Assembly (NCBI GenBank): GCA_963851445.1
Contig: CAWKPH010000001.1
Location: forward strand, 361,363 to 425,362
Length of the DNA stretch: 64,000 nt
Source: an uncultured bacterium
GTDB lineage: Bacteria > Patescibacteriota > Minisyncoccia > Phycocordibacterales > Phycocordibacteraceae
Direction of reading: 5' to 3'
In this document: positions 1-9,708 of the stretch, one piece after another
Position numbering within the stretch: the first letter of the stretch is position 1
How the letters are laid out: each line of letters begins with the position of its first letter
Made by a program: the position numbers and the translations under genes
Notes under the pieces: generated by a model
The model's database searches: none
Told to the model about the DNA's origin: nothing
What the model saw: the letters and a program-made list of their open reading frames with translations, nothing else

Positions 1-43
1 GATAGACACACGGGGTTTAGGAGAATCCTTTTCCATATTTTAC

Positions 44-577
44 CTAGTTTATAAAGACATCATGCGCGCGAGCATCTGTTTTGTGAAGAGTCGCCATAAT
101 GCCACTAGAATTTTTTTCAACCACACAAGTATAATCCACGGGTTGATCCCAAGGTTCTCGTACAAGTAGCGTTTTTACAAATTGATCAGCGAAACAAAAT
201 CCAATCCGTAGCCATGAGGCAGGAACATAGGAGAGAAACCGGTCATACCATCCGCCGCCTCTACCGTGTCGTGTGCCAAGAGTATCGAATTGTCGTCCGG
301 GGATGAGAATGAAACCTGAGCGCTCATTTGCAAGTCTGAGAGCGCTTGCTGCTTCTTCAGAGGGATCAAGCTCCGCGCGCGGAGCGATTGTATATAAATC
401 AACTTTCGGTCCAATGAAAATAAGCTCTTCAGGAGACACTTCTGCTTGCAATGCTGAATACGTTATACCGAAAGAGTAAGACTCTAAAAGCTTTGGAAGC
501 GCGGCATCTACTACCGATTTTGTATCTTTGGTTTCACCTTTTTCCTTTCTGCTGTCAATATCTCGACTTCTTTCCAT
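44..577 (-). CDS. 5-formyltetrahydrofolate cyclo-ligase (MTHFS/YgfA family)
   Basis: 177-aa ORF. The C-terminal GGGWYDR motif matches the family signature GxGYYDR. Length is typical for the family. The start abuts the divergent neighbouring gene with no intergenic spacer, so the start codon is uncertain. Confidence 0.7.
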   Translation of the reverse strand: MERSRDIDSRKEKGETKDTKSVVDAALPKLLESYSFGITYSALQAEVSPEELIFIGPKVDLYTIAPRAELDPSEEAASALRLANERSGFILIPGRQFDTLGTRHGRGGGWYDRFLSYVPASWLRIGFCFADQFVKTLLVREPWDQPVDYTCVVEKNSSGIMATLHKTDARAHDVFIN

Positions 578-1279
578 GTGCCGTATACTAGCACTATGAA
601 TTCAGAGAAATACGAAATAGAGATAAAAAGTCTCTTAGGAAACTCCTCAAATGCGGATAAACTCCGAGCCGACCTAAAAGCTATTGATGCCGATTCGTCC
701 TGTATATCAAGCTATACACAACTCAATCACTACTTTGAAGGTGGAGATTCTAGAATGCTTGCCAATAGGATAGGTACACATTTGGTCGGTGATGAGTATG
801 AGAGGATGGAACGCATTGTAAATAATGGCAAGAATATATCAGTACGAACACGTGAGATGAATGGAAAAGTGTATATTGTCATGAAGGCTTCAATTGGAGA
901 TGATTCAAGTTCGAATGGTGTTGCGCGTCTCGAGGTTGAAGCATTAATTCCCAATATGACGCTTGATCAACTTGATGCAGAAGTACTCGCTGCTGGCTAC
1001 AAGTACCAAGCAAAATGGTCACGTACGCGCGAAGAGTATAAGGTTAAAGACATCACCGTATGTCTTGATAAGAATGCGGGATATGGATACCTCGCGGAAT
1101 TCGAGAAAGTGGTTAATGATGCTAGTAAAGCGGAAGAAGCGAAGCGAGAAATTGGTCTATTCATGCAGCAGCTTGGAGTTGTGGAACTGGCGCAAGATCG
1201 ACTTGAGCGCATGTTTGCGTATTATAATGAGCACTGGCCAGAGTATTATGGCACCGAAAATATCTTTACGATCGAATAA
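578..1279 (+). CDS. CYTH-domain protein (triphosphate tunnel metalloenzyme / class IV adenylyl cyclase-like)
   Basis: 233 aa. The N-terminal YEIEIKSLL resembles the CYTH EIERKFL signature. Acidic motifs are spread through the protein. The true start may be the internal Met at about 596. Confidence 0.5.
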   Translation: MPYTSTMNSEKYEIEIKSLLGNSSNADKLRADLKAIDADSSCISSYTQLNHYFEGGDSRMLANRIGTHLVGDEYERMERIVNNGKNISVRTREMNGKVYIVMKASIGDDSSSNGVARLEVEALIPNMTLDQLDAEVLAAGYKYQAKWSRTREEYKVKDITVCLDKNAGYGYLAEFEKVVNDASKAEEAKREIGLFMQQLGVVELAQDRLERMFAYYNEHWPEYYGTENIFTIE

Positions 1280-1281
1280 AT

Positions 1282-1836
1282 ATGTATCTATCTGACTCTG
1301 ATATCGAGAAGGCCGTAAAGAAAGGGGATCTTACGCTTGAACCATTTGATAAAAAGCGTTTACAACCCGCAAGCTACGATATTCTTCTTGGGAATCGGTT
1401 TCTTATTTCCGAGGCTCATAAACATGGATATATTGATCCGGAAAAAAAGGTATTTCCTGAGATGCGCGAGATCATACTAAGCGATAAAGAGGAGTTCATT
1501 CTTCATCCAGGGATTGTGGTACTTGGTTTTTCTCACGATTTATTTGGTTCAAACAAATATCTTATTCATTTGAACGGTAAGAGTTCGCTCGCACGTATTG
1601 GACTTATCGTACACAATACCGCAGGACTCATTAATCCGGGACATTATCTACATGTCGTGTTCGAGCTCTATAATACCAATAGCATCCCAATCATTCTCCG
1701 GCCTAAAATGCCAATAGCGCAGCTCACGTTTTCTGAACTCTCGTCCCCTCCCAAAAAGAGCTACGAAAAGCTTGGGCGGTATGGGAAGGGAAAGGATAAT
1801 TGGAAAGGTGGAGCAGCGCCTCGGAAGCGCAAATAA
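1282..1836 (+). CDS. dcd: dCTP deaminase
   Basis: 184 aa. Carries the PASYDIL and GLINPG-type motifs of the dCTP deaminase/dUTPase fold. Lies immediately upstream of thyA. Confidence 0.8.
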   Translation: MYLSDSDIEKAVKKGDLTLEPFDKKRLQPASYDILLGNRFLISEAHKHGYIDPEKKVFPEMREIILSDKEEFILHPGIVVLGFSHDLFGSNKYLIHLNGKSSLARIGLIVHNTAGLINPGHYLHVVFELYNTNSIPIILRPKMPIAQLTFSELSSPPKKSYEKLGRYGKGKDNWKGGAAPRKRK

Positions 1837-1858
1837 GTTATAACTCAAGAATAATCCT

Positions 1859-2821
1859 ATGCCCCTAAAACACCCTGAATATCAGTACCTCGATTTACTA
1901 CAGGAAGTTCTTAATGATGGCGAGGAACAGGTCGATAGTGGTACTGGGGTAAAAACCTATAGTCTCTTTGGTCGTCAAATACGTTTTGATCTTTCTGAGG
2001 GTTTTCCACTTCTTACAACCAAGCGCGTGTATTGGACAGGCGTACTTCATGAATTGTATTGGTTCTTGTCCGGGCAGTCGAATATAAAATACCTTGTCGA
2101 TAACAACGTGCACATTTGGGACGATTACCCATTCAAGATATATTCAGAAAAAGTTGAAAAGGGTGAGGCACCAGTACTCACGAAGGATGAATTCATTGAA
2201 AAAATCGCAAAAGATGAAACATTTGCAAAAGAGAATGGGGAGTTACCCCATATTTATGGCGAACATTGGCGTCGCTGGGAAGCAACCGATGGACGGAAAA
2301 TAGACCAACTTTCCTGGGTAGTGGATGAATTACGCAAGGATCCCGATGCTCATAACACACTTGTTTCTTCATGGAATCCTGAATATATGTATGCAATGGC
2401 ACGTCCTGGAGAAGGGGCACGATTCCCAATCTGTCACAATCTCTACCAGCTCAATATAAAACACGGGAAAGTATGTCTGCAACTCTATCAGCGCTCAGCA
2501 GATATATTTCTCGGCGTCCCTTTTAATATTGGAAGCTACGCGCTTCTTACCTGCATTATCGCGAAGATTCTCGGCCGTGAGCCAGGGGAATTCGTACACA
2601 CATTTGGCGATGTCCATATATATGAAAATCATCGCGAACAAGCTAAAGAACAACTTTCTAGAAAGCCGAAAGACTTCCCAACTCTTTCATTCACTCAAAA
2701 CTTCGATTCACTCGATTCCTTCCGCCCTGAATTCGTGAAGCTCGAAAACTATACCCCAGAAGCAACCATCAAAGCCGAACTTACCGTATCTGGTGGCTAC
2801 AACAAGAAAATTCACGGATAA
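1859..2821 (+). CDS. thyA: thymidylate synthase
   Basis: 320 aa. Carries conserved ThyA motifs (GVPFNIGSYALLT, the catalytic Cys region PICHNLYQ, and DxHIYxNH). Confidence 0.9.
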   Translation: MPLKHPEYQYLDLLQEVLNDGEEQVDSGTGVKTYSLFGRQIRFDLSEGFPLLTTKRVYWTGVLHELYWFLSGQSNIKYLVDNNVHIWDDYPFKIYSEKVEKGEAPVLTKDEFIEKIAKDETFAKENGELPHIYGEHWRRWEATDGRKIDQLSWVVDELRKDPDAHNTLVSSWNPEYMYAMARPGEGARFPICHNLYQLNIKHGKVCLQLYQRSADIFLGVPFNIGSYALLTCIIAKILGREPGEFVHTFGDVHIYENHREQAKEQLSRKPKDFPTLSFTQNFDSLDSFRPEFVKLENYTPEATIKAELTVSGGYNKKIHG

Positions 2822-2824
2822 AAC

Positions 2825-4123
2825 ATGGAGTATCAGCACCTTAAAAAAGAAGATCCTGACGTCTTTACAACTGTCGAAGGCGAAGAGAAACGAGAAGCCG
2901 AAGGACTCGAGCTGATTCCTTCGGAGAATTATGTTTCGATCGCAGTGCGTGAAGCCATGGGTTCCGTCTTCACCAATAAATATTCTGAAGGCTATCCGGG
3001 CAAACGATACTACGGTGGACAGGAATACACCGATCAGGTTGAGTCGATCGCGATAGAGCGCGCAAGGAAACTCTTCAATTGTGATCATGCAAACGTGCAA
3101 CCACTCGGCGGTGCGGCTGCAAACATTGCTGCGTATTTCGCATGGCTTGAACCTGGCGATACGATTCTTGGCATGGACCTCTCTCACGGGGGGCACCTCA
3201 CCCATGGTTCTCCGGTCACGTATATGGCAAAGCTCTTCCGATTTGTTCGGTACGGAATGAAGAATATCGACACAGGGGAAATTGACTATGATGCACTACG
3301 TGAAAGTGCACTGAAGGAGAAGCCAAAAATAGTCCTTGCTGGATTCTCTGGATATCCACGCGAACTCGATTGGCAAAAGATATCTGATATTGCAAAAGAA
3401 GTCGGCGCCGTCGCAATGGCTGATGTTGCGCATATTGCAGGGCTCATCGCTGGTGGAGCTGCAAAAAACCCCTTCGACTATGGTTTTCAAATAGTAACGA
3501 CAACGACGCACAAAACTCTTCGCGGACCGCGCGGCGGCATGATTCTTTCGAAGGGAATTGTCTCAAGTCCTATAAAGGCTCCTGAAAAGACCATAGAGAA
3601 TCTACCAACATTAATCGATCGGAGCGTATTCCCGGGATTTCAGGGTGGTCCCCATATGCACCAAATAGCAGCCAAGGCAGTCTCGTTCCATGAAGCACTG
3701 CAGCCCGCATTCAAGAACTACGCTCAGCAGATCATTAAGAACGCGCAGGCAATGGCAGAAGTGCTCAAAGCCAATAATGTGCGTATGATCGCTGGAGGAA
3801 CTGACAACCATCTCATTCTCGCTGATGTGTTCGGTTCGCTCGGTATTTCTGGCGGAGAGGCAGAAAAACTTCTTGATGAGGCAGGTATCACACTCAACAA
3901 GAATTCAATTGCTGACGACACACGCAAACCATTTGATCCGTCGGGTATACGGTTTGGTACACCTGCAATGACAACCCGGGGCTTTATGGAACCCGAGTCC
4001 AAGCAGGTCGCAGAGATCATGGTTGAGGTACTCACGAAGCGCGATGCAGCAACTGTCTCCAAAGCACGCGAGCAAATTCGCACGCTTGCTATTTCTCATC
4101 CAGTTCCAGAGTCCTTTGTGTAA
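2825..4123 (+). CDS. glyA: serine hydroxymethyltransferase
   Basis: 432 aa. Carries the LIPSENYVS motif and the PLP-lysine motif TTTTHKTLRGPRGG. Confidence 0.95.
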   Translation: MEYQHLKKEDPDVFTTVEGEEKREAEGLELIPSENYVSIAVREAMGSVFTNKYSEGYPGKRYYGGQEYTDQVESIAIERARKLFNCDHANVQPLGGAAANIAAYFAWLEPGDTILGMDLSHGGHLTHGSPVTYMAKLFRFVRYGMKNIDTGEIDYDALRESALKEKPKIVLAGFSGYPRELDWQKISDIAKEVGAVAMADVAHIAGLIAGGAAKNPFDYGFQIVTTTTHKTLRGPRGGMILSKGIVSSPIKAPEKTIENLPTLIDRSVFPGFQGGPHMHQIAAKAVSFHEALQPAFKNYAQQIIKNAQAMAEVLKANNVRMIAGGTDNHLILADVFGSLGISGGEAEKLLDEAGITLNKNSIADDTRKPFDPSGIRFGTPAMTTRGFMEPESKQVAEIMVEVLTKRDAATVSKAREQIRTLAISHPVPESFV

Positions 4124-4160
4124 TGGTCGCTGCAATTTCTATCATGAATAAAAGCGCCGC

Positions 4161-4445
4161 ATGACTTCAGGCGATCAAAGTATAGTCTCAATGAAGGAGC
4201 GCGTACGTGATGCACTCATTGCTCTTGCTCAGTATCGAACGGATCACCCGGAAGACCCGAAGATGGAATCGATCATGACGCAGCTTGAATTTGTGCAAGA
4301 GGCGATCGAATCAGAGAAGTCACTTACCCACGCTCAGAAAAATGCGCTGGATTTCAATTTGGTGGAAGGTACGCCACTTGAGCATGACGAGGATCTTACG
4401 CGCGAACTCTATAGCATCCGCAACTACGCGATGAATTCGCTATAG
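4161..4445 (+). CDS. hypothetical small protein
   Basis: 94-aa ORF that fills the gap between glyA and argS on the same strand. No recognisable motif. Confidence 0.3.
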   Translation: MTSGDQSIVSMKERVRDALIALAQYRTDHPEDPKMESIMTQLEFVQEAIESEKSLTHAQKNALDFNLVEGTPLEHDEDLTRELYSIRNYAMNSL

Positions 4446-4476
4446 GTTTTGGTCGCTTTTTGATAGACTCCTGATA

Positions 4477-6192
4477 ATGGAAGAACAGATCAAAAATGCG
4501 GTACAGAAGGCGCTGTCCGAGCTTGGTGCGGGTGCTGTAAATTTTGTTGTTGAGTGGCCCACTGAAATGAGTTATGGAGACTACGCAACCAATGCTGCTC
4601 TTGCCGCAGCAAAACCGCTCCAGAAAAAACCACAGGAAGTAGCGGAACTCCTCCTACCAAAACTCAAGGAAATTTTAGGGAGTGCGCTTACTAGTATCGA
4701 GATTGCTGGCCCTGGTTTTATAAATTTTACGCTCTCACCTGAATCCGTAACTAAAGCGATGCTAGAGATTGAGGGGCAGGGGAATACGTGGGGTAACGGA
4801 AACGAAAACAATGGCAAATGCATAATGATCGAATATTCAAATCCAAATCCTTTCAAAGAACTACACATTGGTCATTTAATGAGCAATGTCGTAGGTGAAT
4901 CACTCTCACGTCTGCTTGAAGCATCGGGTGCAAGGGTGCTACGAGATACATTCGGCGGAGATGTTGGTCCGCATGTGGCAAAAGCACTGTGGAGTCTAGA
5001 ACGAGATAAAGTTACCGACATCGTCAGTGCAAAAGAGATCGGGAAAGCATATTCGCATGGAGCTATCGCATATGAAGAAAGTAAAGAGGCAGCAAAAGAG
5101 ATTGATGAGCTAAACACACGTATATACGAAGTTGTCGGAAAACAAAATGAACCTCAGACGCTTTCACCAGAAGATCGTGAACTTCTCGATTTATGGCGCA
5201 AAGGCCGCGAAATTTCTATGGAAGAATTCGAGCGGCTTTTCAAACTACTTGGAACGAAGTTCGATTATACGTTTTTCGATAGCGATACGGTTGAGGGAGG
5301 CATGCGTGTCGTTCGTGATGGTCTTGAGAAGGGGATTTTCGAAAGGAGCGATGGCGCAATCATATATGACGGCGACAAGCGAGCACAAACTAGCGAAAAT
5401 ACTATTCCAGAAAAGGGCCTTCATACACTTGTTTTCATCACAAGTCGTGGCACTCCGACGTATGAGACGAAAGACATCGGTCTGGCGTTCCTGAAAGAAG
5501 AACGTGCCGAAACCGACGAGGTTATTATTGTTACGGCAATTGAGCAAATCGGGCACTTCAGAGTATTCCTAGCGGCTCTCGCTGAGATTGCACCACTTCT
5601 TTCAAAAAAGACCAAACATGTTTCGCATGGACTCTTGCGTCTTCCAACTGGCAAAATGTCGTCACGCAAAGGGAACGTCATCACCGCAGTTGAGCTTCTC
5701 GAGGATATGGTAAAGCGTGCTAGTGAAAAGAATACGGATCCAATTGTCGCAGAGCAAGTAGCCATTGGCGCCGTAAAATACATGATTCTACGACAATCAC
5801 CTGGTTCAGATATCGTATTTGATCCAGAGAAATCACTTTCGCTTGAAGGTGACTCAGGACCATATCTGCAGTATGCGCTCGTGAGGGCAAAATCAGTTGT
5901 CACGCAATCAGCTTCTGGAGAAGGAACGGATGCCCCAGAAACACCTTATTTTCTCGAACGTCTATTGATTAGATTCCCTGAGGTCGTAAAGCGTAGTGAA
6001 CACGAGCTTGCGCCAAATTACCTCGCACATTATTTAACACAGCTCGCGAGTCAGTGGAATTCTTTTTATGCGCAAGAACGAATCATCGGGGGCGACTACG
6101 AAGCTTATAAACTTAAACTAGCCCGCGCTTTCATACTAACAATGCAAAATGGCCTACATCTGCTTGGCATACCAGCTCCCGAGCGCATGTAG
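4477..6192 (+). CDS. argS: arginine--tRNA ligase
   Basis: 571 aa. Class I HIGH motif (NPFKELHIGHLMSNVVGE). C-terminal MSSRKG and a DALR-type anticodon-binding region. Confidence 0.85.
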   Translation: MEEQIKNAVQKALSELGAGAVNFVVEWPTEMSYGDYATNAALAAAKPLQKKPQEVAELLLPKLKEILGSALTSIEIAGPGFINFTLSPESVTKAMLEIEGQGNTWGNGNENNGKCIMIEYSNPNPFKELHIGHLMSNVVGESLSRLLEASGARVLRDTFGGDVGPHVAKALWSLERDKVTDIVSAKEIGKAYSHGAIAYEESKEAAKEIDELNTRIYEVVGKQNEPQTLSPEDRELLDLWRKGREISMEEFERLFKLLGTKFDYTFFDSDTVEGGMRVVRDGLEKGIFERSDGAIIYDGDKRAQTSENTIPEKGLHTLVFITSRGTPTYETKDIGLAFLKEERAETDEVIIVTAIEQIGHFRVFLAALAEIAPLLSKKTKHVSHGLLRLPTGKMSSRKGNVITAVELLEDMVKRASEKNTDPIVAEQVAIGAVKYMILRQSPGSDIVFDPEKSLSLEGDSGPYLQYALVRAKSVVTQSASGEGTDAPETPYFLERLLIRFPEVVKRSEHELAPNYLAHYLTQLASQWNSFYAQERIIGGDYEAYKLKLARAFILTMQNGLHLLGIPAPERM

Positions 6193-6237
6193 CAGGTTGT
6201 TTTCTTTTTATCCTCTAAAGGATACGATTAGAAAATC

Positions 6238-9200
6238 ATGGCAGGTTCCAAGGAGCACTCTGAGACACCTAAATCAGACAGTACGAAATCCGATGCCGCA
6301 CAGCGCGAGGAACGTACACTGACTTTCTGGCGCGATAATGAGATATTCAAGAAATCGCTCGAAAAGCCAGCCCCTAAGGGAAATTTCATATTTTACGAAG
6401 GACCCCCAACCGCCAATGGCCAACCAGGTCTTCATCACCTGGAGTCGCGAGCATTCAAAGACGCGCTTCCACGCTATAAGACTATGCGCGGCTACCGTGT
6501 TCCGCGCCGCGCTGGCTGGGATACCCATGGGCTTCCGGTAGAACTTCAGATCGAGAAAGAGCTTGGGTTTACGGGGAAAAAAGATATTGAAGCCTACGGC
6601 ATTGCGGCATTCAATAAGAAGTGTCGTGAAAGCGTTTTCAAATATGTTGATGAATGGGAGAAGTTCTCAAACCGAGTAGGATACTGGGTCGATCAGAGTA
6701 AGGCATATTTCACCTTCGATGCGCCGTACATGGAGTCAGTCTGGAATATCCTCAAGCATGTCTCTGAAGAAGGTCGTCTCTATAAGGATTACAAAGTAGT
6801 GCCATGGTGTGTACGCTGCGGAACTGCGCTCTCATCGCACGAGCTCGCGCAGGGCTATGAGGACGTGAAGGATCTCTCAATAACTGCAAAGTTTGAGCTG
6901 GTGGATGAGCCAGGAACATATTTCCTTGCATGGACAACGACCCCGTGGACGCTTCCTGGGAATGTCGCTCTCGCGGTAGGTGAAACCATTACCTATGGTC
7001 GTTACACAAACGGTACCGAAAAAGTAATCTTGGCCACAGCGCGCGCAAAAGAAGTTCTGGACGAGTCATGGAAACCTGAAGAGGAGATGCCTGGGAGTGC
7101 ATTAGTAGGAAAAAAATATAAACCGTTGTATCCGTTTGCAGAGAAACTTGCGGCAGACGAGGAGAAAAAGAAATTCGAGAATGCGTTTACAGTATACGGA
7201 GCTGAGTTTGTGACGACTGAAGACGGTACAGGTATTGTGCATAGCGCAGTCATGTATGGCCAAGAAGATTTTGAATTAGGAACTAGAGTCGGATTACCAA
7301 AGGTGCATCTTGTAGCTCCTGATGGTCACTTTATCCAGAGCACTGAATTCCTAGAAGGAAGATTCGTGAAAGATGAGGAGTTAGCGGTTGATATTGTGAA
7401 AGATCTTGCAGCACGAACTCCGAATTCACTTCTCTTTGCGAAGGGAAAGCATGAGCACTCGTACCCGTTTTGTTGGCGATGCAAGACTCCTCTCATCTAC
7501 TATGCGCGCGACTCGTGGTACATCCGCATGCAGGACTTGCGCGATACCCTTGTTGCCGAGAATGAGAAGGTGCACTGGGAGCCTGAGCATACTCGTGATG
7601 GCCGCATGGGTGAGTGGCTTCGAGGCGCCAAGGATTGGGCGATCTCACGTGAGCGCTACTGGGGAACACCACTACCGGTTTGGCAGAGCGAGGACGCAAT
7701 CGAGCGCATTATGATCGGTTCCATTGAAGAGCTCAAGACTCGCACGAAGAAATCTGGAAATAAGTATTTTTTAATGCGGCACGGCGAAGGCGAACACAAT
7801 GTCAAAGGAATCTTAAGTTCAAACCTCGCTGATGATAAATATGGGCTTACTGCTACAGGGCGCGCACAGGTACAGGAACAAGCAGAAAAATTGAAGGGTA
7901 GCGGCATAACTCACATCTATGCATCCCCATTTCGTCGGACGCGCGAGAGTGCAGAGATCATGGCCGATGTTCTAGGAATTTCACATGACTCAATTGTGTA
8001 TGATGAGACGCTTCGTGAGATTGATTTCGGCGATCTTGATGGTAAACCATTTGGTGAATTTCTTGAGTATGAAGAAAAAAATATGCAAGCCTATAGCGAT
8101 TCGCTTCCAAATGGAGAAAGTTATCTCGATGCGAAACGCAGATTCGGCGGGTTCCTCTACAATCTCGAAAAAGTTCATGCAGACAGCATCATATTAATGA
8201 TTTCTCATGGCATGGCACTCGAGGCGCTCAAAGCGGTCGTTGAAGGCGCCGGCGACATCGAATCAAAACACATTACTGACACACTGGAACCGAAACCAGG
8301 GGAAATGATGGAACTCGATTTCGTACCGCTTCCACGTAACGAAAATTACGAGCTCGATCTTCACCGTCCGTACATTGATGAAATAACGCTAGTTAGCGAC
8401 TCAGGGAAAGAATTAGAGCGGGTGAAGGATGTCATCGATGTATGGTTTGATTCTGGCGCCATGCCGTTTGCTGAGGATCACTACCCATTCGAGAACAAAG
8501 AGTGGGTTGAGGGGCCAGGCTATCCCGCGGACTACATATCAGAGGCGATTGATCAGACACGTGGGTGGTTTTATACACTCCTCGCAGTTGGTGTACTCCA
8601 GGGGAGAGGGCATGCATACAAGAACGTAATTTGCTTAGGTCACCTGCTCGATGAAAAGGGACAAAAGATGAGTAAAAGCAAGGGAAATGTGATTGCTCCA
8701 CTTGAAGCTGTTGATCAGTGGGGAGCTGACGCGCTGCGTTTTTGGATGTATAGCGTAAACGCACCAGGCGATTCAAAGAATTTCGATGAAAAAACCGTTA
8801 AAGAGTCACTACGCACATTGTCGTGGCTAGAGAACAGCATGCGTTTCTACCAGCTTTTTGTCGATAATGATGGAGGACCAAAAGAAACTAATTCAGAGGA
8901 GCAAGTTATCGATTCGTGGATGCGCATTCGCAGCGCCGAAGTCGTGAATAGTACGACTTTTTACCTCGATAATTACAAACTGCTTGAAGCAACACGAACA
9001 ATAGCTTCGTTATTCGAAGACCTCTCACAATGGTATGTACGGCGTATTCGAGATCGCGCACGTGAAGGAGACGCGTCCGCGATTAGCACACTGCGTAACA
9101 CACTCAACATAAGTGCGCGTCTTCTCGCACCGTTCGCACCATTTCTTGCTGAGGAAGTATATCGTGCTGTTAAAAATGATATCGACCCTGAAAGCGTGCA

Positions 9201-9708
9201 CCTTACTGAATGGCCAGAGGAACCTATCTTATCAGAAGATGATAAGAAACTTCTCGAAGGGATGAGACAGGTACGCGCATTTGCATCAGAAGGACTTATG
9301 CTTCGTCAGAAGGCAGGCATTAAAGTGCGCCAGCCGCTCGCGAAGCTCTCGATTCCTGGAACTCTTTCCAAAGAACTCTGTGTGCTTCTTGCCGAGGAGG
9401 TAAACGTAAAAGTAATTGAGCAAGAGGCATCTGAAATGCAACTTGATATCGTGATTACAGATGAACTCATGGAAGCCGGAGACATACGTGAATTTATGCG
9501 CGCACTTGCTGATGCGCGTAAGGAACTCGGACTATCGCCTCGAGATCAAGTCACACTCACTATTAGTGAAAATGCGACCGGTACTCTTGAGGGAACAGTA
9601 TTTCCTGGTATAGCCAAACTCTCGTTTGGAGGAATTGTCGATCCCCCACACACTGCTGAACTTTCATTCGGAACAGTATCATTCCATATCTCACGCGATG
9701 CGACATAA
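6238..9708 (+). CDS. ileS: isoleucine--tRNA ligase with inserted histidine-phosphatase (PGAM-like) domain
   Basis: 1156 aa. HIGH-type motif PPTANGQPGLHH, KMSKSKGN, and the WCxRC zinc motifs of the editing/CP region. An inserted block at about nt 7762-8280 carries the hallmark histidine-phosphatase motifs: LMRHGEGEHN, SPFRRTRESA and ISHGMAL. Confidence 0.9.
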   Translation: MAGSKEHSETPKSDSTKSDAAQREERTLTFWRDNEIFKKSLEKPAPKGNFIFYEGPPTANGQPGLHHLESRAFKDALPRYKTMRGYRVPRRAGWDTHGLPVELQIEKELGFTGKKDIEAYGIAAFNKKCRESVFKYVDEWEKFSNRVGYWVDQSKAYFTFDAPYMESVWNILKHVSEEGRLYKDYKVVPWCVRCGTALSSHELAQGYEDVKDLSITAKFELVDEPGTYFLAWTTTPWTLPGNVALAVGETITYGRYTNGTEKVILATARAKEVLDESWKPEEEMPGSALVGKKYKPLYPFAEKLAADEEKKKFENAFTVYGAEFVTTEDGTGIVHSAVMYGQEDFELGTRVGLPKVHLVAPDGHFIQSTEFLEGRFVKDEELAVDIVKDLAARTPNSLLFAKGKHEHSYPFCWRCKTPLIYYARDSWYIRMQDLRDTLVAENEKVHWEPEHTRDGRMGEWLRGAKDWAISRERYWGTPLPVWQSEDAIERIMIGSIEELKTRTKKSGNKYFLMRHGEGEHNVKGILSSNLADDKYGLTATGRAQVQEQAEKLKGSGITHIYASPFRRTRESAEIMADVLGISHDSIVYDETLREIDFGDLDGKPFGEFLEYEEKNMQAYSDSLPNGESYLDAKRRFGGFLYNLEKVHADSIILMISHGMALEALKAVVEGAGDIESKHITDTLEPKPGEMMELDFVPLPRNENYELDLHRPYIDEITLVSDSGKELERVKDVIDVWFDSGAMPFAEDHYPFENKEWVEGPGYPADYISEAIDQTRGWFYTLLAVGVLQGRGHAYKNVICLGHLLDEKGQKMSKSKGNVIAPLEAVDQWGADALRFWMYSVNAPGDSKNFDEKTVKESLRTLSWLENSMRFYQLFVDNDGGPKETNSEEQVIDSWMRIRSAEVVNSTTFYLDNYKLLEATRTIASLFEDLSQWYVRRIRDRAREGDASAISTLRNTLNISARLLAPFAPFLAEEVYRAVKNDIDPESVHLTEWPEEPILSEDDKKLLEGMRQVRAFASEGLMLRQKAGIKVRQPLAKLSIPGTLSKELCVLLAEEVNVKVIEQEASEMQLDIVITDELMEAGDIREFMRALADARKELGLSPRDQVTLTISENATGTLEGTVFPGIAKLSFGGIVDPPHTAELSFGTVSFHISRDAT

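Noticed and set aside
2708-3205. 165-aa antisense ORF within glyA, with similar antisense ORFs inside argS, ileS, secD, ftsK and glyQS
   Set aside because: All are fully contained in strongly supported genes on the other strand and have no recognisable motifs.
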